Positions 50,162-60,015 of a stretch of DNA of 64,000 nucleotides are shown piece by piece (within the stretch, counting starts at the first letter, position 1; the number at the start of each line of letters is the position of its first letter). Where the stretch lies: assembly GCA_014905635.1 (NCBI GenBank), contig JABVCE010000012.1:992001-1056000 (forward strand), read 5' to 3'. Position numbers and translations under genes: made by a program. Below the pieces are notes generated by a model. That model made no database searches and was not told the DNA's origin. It worked only from the letters and a program-made list of their open reading frames with translations. The DNA is from Scenedesmus sp. PABB004 (lineage: Eukaryota).

Positions 50162-53099
50162 TCAGCCGTGCTTGCCCAGCTCGATCTTCCGGCGCGCGCT
50201 GAGCGTGGTGTGCAGCATGGCGTCGAGGATGCCCGCGACGGTGAACACGCCGCCCACGACGGCGCACGTGGTCGTCGCAAACTTGTAAAACGGCCTGCGC
50301 ACCTCGCGCACGACGACCTGGATCGGCGACAGGTCGTACGTGAACCTGCGGGGGCGGGCGGCGGCGGCGGCCGCGGGCGCAGAGTCGGGGGCGGGCGCGG
50401 AGGCAAAAGGCGGCGCGCTGGCGGCGCGGCGGCGGCGCGGCTGGCGCGGGGCCGCGTGTTGGGCGCACTTTGCGGTCGGCTGGTTGTCGCTGTGGTACGT
50501 GTGGCTGTGCGCGTTGTACTCGTACGCGTCGTAGCCGCCCCCGCGCCCGCCGCCGCGCGGCACGATCGTCGTACGCACGACCTGCGCGGCGGTGGGCGGG
50601 CCGGCGCGGACCGCGCGGGCGCTTCGGAACGGCGCCGCCGCCGCGCGGCGCCGCGCCCAGCGCCCCGGGCGGCTGCGCGCGCGCGCGCGCCTGCATGTAG
50701 TGTTCGTGCGTTGACTGCGGGCTGTCGCTGACGAAGGACTGGCCCGCGAGCTTGTCGAGCCAGTCGGCGCTGAGGCCGAGCGGGTGGAGCTTCTTGAGCT
50801 CGTACAGCTTGTGCGGCGTCGGCTTGGCGCCTGCGAGCGCGCGCGGGCGCACGCGCGTGCGCGGCCGCGGCGGCGGCGCGGACGTCAGCGCGGGCGCAGG
50901 GTGGGCGCGGGCGCGGAGTGCAGCGGCTGCGGAAGCGCGGGCGGGCGCAGGTGCAGCGGCGGGTGCGGGCGCGCACCAAAGTAGAGCTCGTGCACGGCGT
51001 GCGTCATGTTCATCCAGTCGTGGTCAAAGCTGTGCCCCTCGCTGCGCGCGGTGAAGTGCAGCGTGCCGGGGACCTTCTTGACCAGCACAAAGCCTGGCGC
51101 GGCACGGGCGCGGGGCAGGCGCGGCGCAGTGAGCGCGCAGCGGCGGTGGGCGGCGGTGGGCGGCAGGCGGCCGGCGGCCTGCGGCGCCGCGGCGCACCCG
51201 CGACCTGGCAGCCCGACACGTGCGGCGCGCCCTCGAGCTGCGAGTGCCGCACAAAGGGCTGGCCCGCGCTGGGGACGAGCGAGTCGGCGAACGCCACGAG
51301 CGCCTCCTTGGTGCGGTCGCCGGTATAGGCCTCGTGCTCGTGCCGGCCCTGCAGCGGCGCGGCCGCGGGCGCGGTCGCGGCCCGCCGGCGCCGCACGCGC
51401 GCTGCGACGCCGCGCACGCCCAACCACCACCCGCGCGCGGGCCGCCGCGCCCACACCCGCGGCCGCACCTCGATGTAGATGTCGTCGTGCGAGCGCCGGA
51501 AGACGCGCAGCGAGGGGAAGCCGGTGATGAAGTGGCTCTGGCACAGGTCGACCTCCGCCGTGCAGTCGACCTGCGGGCCGGCCCGCCCCACGCGCCGCGG
51601 GCTCAGCGGGCGGCGCCGGCGGCGCGGGCGGCGCGGGCAGGCGAGCAGGCAGAGCGGGCGGGCGGGCCCGGGCGCGCCTTTGCGAAGCGGATGCGGCGGT
51701 CCGTGGTGTCGGGGTACTTCTCATGCACCTCCTTGGTCGCCGCCTCCCACGCGGGCTCGAGCCGCTGGCACCAGTGGCACCACGGCTGCCGGCGGCGGCG
51801 GCGGCGGCGCGTCGGCGGCGGCGCGCCCGGGGTGCGCGCACGCGCGGCGCGCTGGGCCGCTGCGCTCGGGCGCTGCGCTCGGGCGGGGGACAGCCCGCTC
51901 TCACCGCGTAGAAGTTAACGACCACGATGGGATAGTGCGCCAGGGTGGTCTTGAAGTTCTCGTGGTTGATCGGCTGGCTATAGTCCAGGTGCTCCCACCA
52001 CTGCGCGGCGGCGCCGGCGCGCGGGGCCCCCGCCCGCTCGGCCGCGCCGCGCCGCGCCGCGCCGCGCCGCGCCGCGCCGCGCCGCGCCGCGCTGCGAGGC
52101 CGCTGCGGGGCGCACCATGTCCTCGTCGTCGTAGCGCGGCGCCGTGGTGGTCGTCGGCTGCAGCTGCGTGGGGCCCTGGACCTGCAGCGCCACGTCGACG
52201 GGCGTCTTGCTGATGGTCCGGCTCAGGTTCATTCGCTTCTTGCCGAGCGCGTCGCTGACGTCAATGGTTGCAAACTCGCAGGACAGCGCCGGAAAGCTGC
52301 GCGCGCGGGGCGGGCGGCGGCGGCGGCGCGGCGGCGGCGGCGAGTGGGCTGCCGCCGGGGACTGCGCGGCGCCGCGCCCGCGGCGCGCGCGCGCCCACAG
52401 CGCCCGCGGCGGCGCCGCGCCCGCCCGCGCGCCTGATGTTGAACGTGACTTTGAGCAGCTCGTTCTGTGGGCTCTTGTCGATCACCATCTCTGTCGTGGT
52501 TTGTAGCCGCAGGAAGCTCGCCAGCTCCTGCGACCCCGCGTGGCGCGGCGCGGGCGTCGGCGCAGGCCCCGCCTCGCCCGCGCCGCTGGTCGCCGCCGCC
52601 GCCCAGCACTGCCGCCGCCCGCCCGCCTGCTGGCCGCGGGCCCGCACCAGGATCAGCAGCAGCACCATGATCACCGCGGCGGCGAGCGAGACCACCGACC
52701 CCGTGAGCGTGGCCTCGGTGAGGTCGCTGCGCACGAGCGTGCGTCAGAGCATGGGGGCCGCGGCGGCGCGGCGCGGCGCGGCAGCGGCGGCACGGCAGCA
52801 GCGGCAGCAGCAGCTTCGGCGGCGGCGGCGCCCGGTTGCGCGTGCCGCCTGGCGCGTGGCTGCGGTGCGTGGCTGCGGTGCCCGTGAGCTGTGGCTTGCG
52901 GGCAAGGGGCTGACCAGGCTATGCCGCTGGCCCTGGGCGCGCTGGGCCGCGCAGCAGGACAGCGATGCTGGTGATTTCCGGGCCTCCCGGCTCGCCCGCG
53001 CCCGTTCGTGCCGGGCTGGCGCCGGGACGGGCCTGCCACTCACGCGGGGATCTTCTTGTAGAAGTCCACCGCCTTAAATCGTTGCTTCAGAGACCCCAT
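50162..53099 (-). CDS. PDI-C class protein (Erv41/Erv46-ERGIC domains plus thioredoxin domain; PDIL5-like), multi-exon
   Basis: N-terminal FKAVDFYKKIPADLTEATLTG, FPALSCEFATIDVSD, thioredoxin VNFYA|PWCHWCQRLEPAW, VKKVPGTLHF, FTYDLSPIQV, CAVVGGVFTVAGILD, and the C-terminus KIELGKHG*. Confidence 0.93.
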
Positions 53100-53309
53100 C
53101 TCTGCTGCTGCTCCGGGCGCGGGCTGCCGCCCTGTGCGCGCTGTCGTGCCGCCGCCGGGGGCGCGCGCTCACATCCCGGGGTTGTGACAGCGCCGCCCAG
53201 CGCGCACGCCGCACGCCGCAGCCGCCGAACCGCCGCTCAACCGCCTCGCGCGCCGCGCTGCCCGCCGGCTGCCGCCCGCGTCGCCGCCGCGCGCCGCCGC
53301 CGGCTGGCG

Positions 53310-55067
53310 TCACCCGGCGGCCTCGAGCAGCGTCGGCCCGTGTGCGGCGATGACGCTCGCGCCGAGGCACACCTCGCCCGCGTACGCCACGAACGCCTGC
53401 CCCGGCGTGAGCCCCCGCATCGGCGCGGCCAGCTCGGCGACCCAGAGCTGCTCGCCGGCGGGCGGCGCGTCGCGCGCGCCGCCGCAGAAGCGGCTCGCCG
53501 CGAAGGCCTCGCCCGCCGCGAGCGGCCGCAGCGTGCAGCCCGCGCTCGCCTGGCGGTAGCGCGCCCGAAACTGGCACGCGACCGCGCCGCCGGCGCCGGC
53601 GCCGGCCGGCGGCACGCCGGAGACCCAGCTCGGCGCGCGCAGCAGCGCGGCGCCGCTCGCGAGCGCGGGGTGGCCGTGCCCCGCCGCGACGTGCACGACG
53701 CCGGCGACGAGGTCCTTGCCCGCGACGTACACGCGCCCCGCCTGGCCGCCGAGCCCCGCCGCGCGCTGCCCGACCGTGAGCGCAAGCATGTTGGCGCATC
53801 GCCCGAGCGCCCGCCCCGAGTCCACGTCCACGTACGTGCCCGGCGCCGGCGGCAGGTACGCCTCGACAAAGCGCCCGAAGCTGCGCCGCCCGATGAAGCA
53901 GATGCCGGCGCTGCTGCGCCGGCCCGCGCTCGGCAGGCCCGCCGCCGCCGCGAGGCGGCGCACCACGGGCTTGGTCAGGTGGCCTGCGGCCGCGCGCGCG
54001 CGCGCGGCGCGGGTGGTGGCGCGGCGCGCGTGGCGCAGCACGCAGCGCTGCAGACGCGGCGGGCGCGGCCAGCGGCGGCGCACCGACGGGGAAGACTGCG
54101 TGTGCGAGCTGCTCGTGGCTGAGCGAGGCGAGGAAGTAGGTCTGGTCCTTCTCGGCGTCGCCGCCCGTCAGCAGCAGCGGCCGCGGCGCGCCTGCGCCGC
54201 CGCCGCCGGGGCCGCCGCCGGGGCCGCCGGGGCCGCCGGGGGCGGCGCCGCCGGCGGGGCCGGGGGGGCGGGCCAGGCGAGCCGGGCGTAGTGCCCCGTA
54301 GCGAGCGCGTCGGCGCCGCGCGCGCGCGCAAACTGCAGCAGCGCGCCGAACTTGATCGCCGCGTTGCACGCGAGGTCGGGGTTGGGCGTGAGCCCGCGCT
54401 CGAGGCCGGCCAGGAAGCCCTCAAACACCGACGTCCAGTACGGCGCGACAAAGTCGGCCTCGTGCAGCTCGATGCCGAGCGCGGCCGCGACGGCTGCCGC
54501 GTCGGCGGCGTCGGCGGCGCCGCTGCACGCCGGCGCGCCGCGGCCCGCCTCGTCGGCGGCGTCCCAGTTGCGCATGAACACACCAAAGATCTCGAAGCCC
54601 GCGCGGCGCAGCAGCAGCGCCGCGACGGCGCTGTCGACGCCGCCCGAGAGCGCGACCGCCACGACGCGGCGGCGGCCGCCGGCGGGGCTCGCGGCCGCGG
54701 CCGACGCCGCCGCCGCGTCGCCCGGGGCGGCGCCGGTGAGGGCGTGGACGGGGTCAAGGCGATACGGGCCGACGCTCACGGTGGTGGTGAACTGCCGGCC
54801 GCAGCCGGCCCGCCCGGTCGCCCACGGCGGCGGCGGCGGCGAGCCGGCGCTGACTCCACGTGGCCGGCGGCGCTGCCCTGGCCGCTGCTGCCACGGCCAC
54901 GGCGCCCACTGCTGCAGCTCGTGCGCAGGCCACTGCTGCTGCTGCTGCTGCTGCTCCGGCTGCGTGCCGTGCGCCGCCCTGCTGCAGGCCGCCAGCGCCC
55001 GCAGCGCGCACGGCAGGTGCCGTGCCAGCAGTGCCGGCGCCTCGCGCGCGGCCGGCGGCGCCGCCAT
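53310..55067 (-). CDS. mnmA: tRNA-specific 2-thiouridylase MnmA/TRMU (organellar); one intron and one apparent frameshift near 54262-54268
   Basis: VAVALSGGVDSAVA, VFMRNWD, TPNPDLACNAAIKFG and ATGHYAR, then in another frame KDQTYFL, SAGICFIG, TVGQR and TPGQAFVAY. Confidence 0.92.
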
Positions 55068-55077
55068 GGCCGGGCGC

Positions 55078-55461
55078 TCAGTCGCGCTTCTTGGCGCCCG
55101 GCTTTTGCTGCTCCTCCGGCTGCTCTTGCTGCGGCTGCTCCAGCGCCTGGTCCGGCGGCTGCTGCTGCGGCTGCTGCGGCGGCGGCGGCGCGTCTGATGC
55201 GAGCGACCCCACCACGAAGATGGACGCGGCCCAGAGGCCCAGCGTGAGCCCCAACAGCACCAGCACGTGCGGAACCAGATCGGTGCGACCGCTCGTCGCG
55301 ACCGCTGCCAAGAGAAGGACCAAGCTCAGCAGCACGCCAAAGAGCACGGCGTTCAGCGCCGCAAACGTGGCCCAGTTCACCACGCCAGGCGTGACCGCGC
55401 CCACCGCGATCTGCTCCAGGAACGAGCCGTCGCGGACCTCGCCGGCGGCGCTGCTGCTCAT
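55078..55461 (-). CDS. Small two-TM ER membrane protein, Pkr1-like (V-ATPase assembly factor family), intronless
   Basis: 127 aa. FLEQIAVGAVTPGVVN...LNAVLFGVLLSLVLLL...PHVLVLLGLTLGLWAASIFVVGSL follows, from memory, the Pkr1 pattern (F..TPG..TM1..H..LW..TM2). It has a charged tail ending in KKRD (KKxx ER-retrieval motif). Confidence 0.75.
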   Translation of the reverse strand: MSSSAAGEVRDGSFLEQIAVGAVTPGVVNWATFAALNAVLFGVLLSLVLLLAAVATSGRTDLVPHVLVLLGLTLGLWAASIFVVGSLASDAPPPPQQPQQQPPDQALEQPQQEQPEEQQKPGAKKRD

Positions 55462-55890
55462 CGGGCCGCGGCGGCGGGCGTGGCGGCGGAGCGGGTAGCT
55501 AGCCGGCCCGGGTGTGCGACCACATGACGCAGGCGCGGGCGGCGTAGCAGGGGCGACGCGCCCGCTCCGCGCCGCGGCGGCGCAGGGCGCAGCGCTCGTA
55601 ACAGCGCCGTGCGTGCCGTGCCAGCGGCTGCCACGCGCGCGCCCGGGCTCTCCCGCCCGTAGCGACTAGGGCAGTAGTTTGTCCACATCGGTCCAGATAT
55701 TTTCCGCTACAGCCGGCAGTCTCGGCCTCGGCGGCCCACCCACGCCCGCCAGGCAGCCCAGGCGCCGCGCCCACAGCCGTTCCGCGTAATCTGTGACAGC
55801 GGCCGAGCCACAGCCGAGCCGCTCCGGCTCGACCGGCGCGACCGCGCGCAGCAGCGGCGGCGGCGCGCCGCACGTCACCCCGCCTGCGCG

Positions 55891-58800
55891 ATGCTCGACA
55901 GCCGGCGCAGGGGCTCGGGCGAGCTGAAGCGCCCGGGCGCGTCCTCCAGGCAGCTGGGCCAGCCGCAGGGCGCCGGCGCGCAGGACCGCGCGGCGCGCGC
56001 GCTGACTGCAAAGCAGCAGAGCGCGAGCAGCCTCGCCGCGTCGCTGGTCTCCAGCCTCTCCTGCGGCGGCGGCGGCGGCGGGCACACGGCGCCGCCCAAG
56101 CCCGACGCCAGCCTCAGCTTCAGCTGGCAGGGCGGCTGTGGCGTCGGCAGCGGCGGCAGCGGCGGCACCGGCCTCGCCGACCTGGGTGCGGCGCCGGTGC
56201 CGCGCTGCGCCCAGGCCGGGCCGCGCGCGGGCGCCGCGCGCCCGCGCGCGCCCCTGCTGACCGCCGCCTGGCCGCGCGGCAGGCACGGCGCTCGGCGCGG
56301 GTCGGTCGATGTCGTGCAGGCTGCCCGAGCCGCTGCGCGCCGCCACGGGCGGCGACGGCGGCGACCACGACGCGCTCACGAGCGGCAGCGACGACGGGCT
56401 CGGCAACGCGCTCTGCCGCACCGGCGCGGGCAGCCTCAGCGGCCGCCAGCTCGGCGCAGCCGCCGCAGCCCTCGGGAGCCCCGGCAGCATGAGCGGCCCA
56501 CGGTGAGGCGCGGCGCCGCGCCGGCGGGCTGGCAGACCAGCCGGCAGACGCCGGCGCCGCGCGGCTCGACCCCGCGGCCGCGCTGCGCTGCGCGCAGGCA
56601 GAAGGCCGCGCGCGTGAGCTTCCTGCCCGGCGGCAGGCTGGAGGCGGACGCTCCGGTGAGCGCGCCTGGCCTCTGTGCCGGGGGCGCCCGCCGCGGGCGC
56701 AAGCGCCTGCGCACGCCGCCGACCGCGGCCCCGCGCCCGCGCAGGCGCCGCGGCGGCCGGCGCGCCACCCGCCGACCTTCAAGCGCAGCCACACCGCGGC
56801 CTGGGGCGAGTCGCTGCAGTTCTTTGCCACGCCCGGCGCGTCGCCGCCGCCTGCGCCGCGCCCGGCCGCGGCGCCAGCGCCGCCGTCGCCGGCGCCGGCA
56901 GGCGGCCTCAAGAGCAGCATCGCAGCTGCGTTTGCCAAGCTGGCGGTCGCGATCGACGGCGGCCGCGCCGCGCGCGGCGGCGGCGGCGCGGCGGCGGCGG
57001 GGCAGGCGCCCGCGTACAAGCACGACACCGGCTACCTCGCCTTGTCGCCTGCCACGTCGCCCGCGGGCTCGCGGTCGGCCGTGGGCGCGGGAGGCGGTGC
57101 GGGAGGCGGTGTGGGAGGTGGCGCGGGCGGTGGCGCCAAGAGCGGGCTCTCGCGCGCGGGCAGCGCCGTGGCGCTTCCGCGGCCAGGGGAGGCGGAGGCG
57201 GGCGGCGAGAGCGACGTGAGCGGCGAGAGCGACGAGAGCGACGACGCGAGCGACGACGGCGACCTGCTGGGCCTGCCGGCGCTGCCGCCCGGCGTCATTC
57301 CCCTGTTCGCCGGCGGGGGCGCGTCGCCGGCCGCGCCCAGCTCTGCTGCGGCCGCCGGCGCCGCGCCGCGGGCGCCGCCCGAGGCGCGGCCCGGCCCCGC
57401 GGCGCCGCCCGGCGCCGCCGGCGCGCCGCCTGCGGCGGCGGCGCGTGCGCTGGCGCTCGCGCCGCCGGGCGACCCGGCGCCGCTGCTGCTCGCGGTGTCG
57501 CCGCGGCTCCCGCCCGCGATGCAGCGCGCGTCGTGGAGCCTCGCCGACTTCGTGGTGCAGCGCAAGCTCTACGATGGCTACGCCTCCACCATCTGCAAGG
57601 CGCGCACGCAGCGGCTCGGCGCGCGGACGCAGAGCGCCGCGCATCCTGCAAGCTGCGCGCCGACGGCCGCCGCCGCGCGCGGCGCCGCAGGCCGTCGACC
57701 GCGTGTCAGGCGCGACCGTGGCGTTGAAGCTCTACCACATGGCCAAGCTCAACGCCATCAGCAGCCACCAGGCGCGTGCGCGCCGCAGCGTTGCGCCCGG
57801 GCGGGGCGGCGGCGGGGCGCCCGCGCGCCCCGCGCGGCGGGGTGCCGCGCCCACGCGCGCGCGCGCTCTCACATGTGTGGCCGTGTACACGGCCGCGCAG
57901 GTTGCGCGCGAGGCGCGGCTGCACGCGAGCCTGGACCACGAGCACATCATCGGGATGCACGCCGCGTTCCAGGAGGCCGGCAAGGTGGTCATGGTCCAGG
58001 TGCGCCGGCGCCGCGCGGCGCGGCACGGCGAAGCCGCCGCACGCCCCTGCTGCACGCGCGCGGCCCGGCCGGGGGCGGGGCGCCACGTCGCCGCCGCGCT
58101 TGCAAGTTTTGCCTCCGCGTCGCGCACGCGATGCGGGCAGGAGTATGCGTCCGGCGGCGACCTGTGGGCCTACATCAACGCCAACGCGGGCCGCCTCAAC
58201 GAGCGCGTGGCCGTGTCGCTCGTGCTGCAGCCCTTCCTGCGCGCGCTGCAGCACCTGCACGCCGCCGGCATCGCGCACAGGCGCGGCGGCGGGGGAGGGG
58301 CGCGGGCGCCGCCCGCCGCCGCCGGCGGCCGCGGATGCGACCGTCGCCGGCGCGGTGCGGCCACGCCGCGCAGGGACATCAAGCCCGAGAACGTGCTCTT
58401 CTCTGGCGGCATGGCGCTCAAGGTCGCCGACTTTGGCCTGGCCGTCAGCCTGCGCGAGGAGCGCGCCGTCACGCGCGTCGGTGCGCGCCCGCGCCCGCGC
58501 CCGCGCACGCCCCTGCTGCGGCGGCCGGCGCGCCGGCAGGCAGCCCACGCGCCGCGGCCGCGCGCCCGCCGCGCGCGGCTGCCGCCCAGGCACGCTCGAC
58601 TACATGGCGCCCGAGGTGCTGCGCTGCCCGCTCAAGCGACAGCCGGGCGACAACAAGGAGCGCGCAGACCTGCACTACTCCCAGGCGCGCCGCGCGCTCG
58701 CAGGAGGGGCGCAGCGCCGCGCGGCGCGCGCTCGCAGGACGGGCGCGCGCGCGCGCCACGCGACGCGAGCCGTGCTGTCAGCTCTCCGCAGCGCGGCGGC

Positions 58801-59399
58801 GCCGCGCGCAGGCGGTGGACGCGTGGGCAGTCGGCGTGCTGGCCTATGAGCTGCTCACCGGCAGGCGCGCCGCTGGCCTGCTGCGCCGCGCGCCGGCGGC
58901 GGGGCGGCGCTGGCGCCCCGGTCGCCGCTGCCGCCCGCCGCCGGCCAGGCGCGCGCCGCGCGCGCGCCCACGCGCCGCCGCGCCGCTGCGCCGCCGCCGC
59001 AGGGCGCCCTTCTCGGCGGTCGGCGCGACCGACGTGGCGGTCGAGGCGGCGATCCAGGCGAGCAGCCCCGTCTTTCCCAGCCGCATGTCGGAGCCCGCCG
59101 CGGCGTTCATCGCCGCGGCGCTGCAAAAGGCGCCCGAGCGGCGGCCGACCATCCTGGCGATGCTGCAGCACCCCTGGATCCGCAGCTTCACGCGCTCCAG
59201 CTCCAACGGCCGCGCCGAGCGCCGCCGCTCGCGCGAGGGCGGCGGCGGCGACGCGCGGCCGTCGCCCGCGCCCGCGGCCACGCCGGGGCCGGGCCCGCGG
59301 CCGGCGCCGCCCGCGCCCGTCGGCGCGGGCCTGCCGCACCTCGCCGCCAAGTCCCAGGACGACAGCGCCCTGACCGGCTACGCGAGCGCAGGGCGCTGA
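55891..59399 (+). CDS. Aurora-like Ser/Thr protein kinase (algal ALK-type) with long N-terminal extension, multi-exon
   Basis: WSLADFVVQRKLYDGYASTICK, VALKLY, VAREARLHASLDHEHI, HRDIKPENVL, KVADFGLA, GTLDYMAPEV, VDAWAVGVLAYELLTGRAPF and MLQHPWI. Four upstream exons are phase-consistent. Confidence 0.92.
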
Positions 59400-60015
59400 C
59401 GCGTCGCGGCGGGCCGGCCGGCGCTGCGGCGCTGGCGGCGGCGATCAGGTTGCTCCTGTGTGTGAACTCGCACTCGTGGCGGCGCTGGGGCTGTGCAGTT
59501 GGGCAGGCGGGCGGCGCGGTCTTGGCCGAGCAGGTGAATGTTGAGGCGGCGGCGGCGCGGCGGCACTGCGCAGGAGGACAAGTCAACCAGGGGCGCCGCC
59601 TGGCGCACGGCGGCGGCGGCTGTGGCGGTGCACGCAAGCAAGCTACGAAACGCGTAAGGGGGCGGGGGAGGGCGGCATTGCGGCCGCCGCGCAAAGCAGG
59701 TCAACGCGCGGGCGTCGAGAAGTTGGTACGGCGCGCGAAACGCTTAAACCCCGCGCCGCCGACAGCTGTGACTTCACGCCGCCCCAGCCCGCGAATCACC
59801 GCAATCGCGCGCGCCCCCGTTCAGGTGGTCCAGCGTCGGACTCAGCCGCGCCTGCGGCGCCCGCCCACGCGCGCTCAACGGCGGCCGCGCGCGACGCGCT
59901 GCGGCGGCGCGCCCACGGCCCCCCGCGCCACCCTTCCGGGAACGCCTGCCACTCCTGCCTCTGCTGTAGCGTGGGAGGGCCGGCACGCCCGCGCTGCAGA
60001 GCGTCGGCGGCGAAG

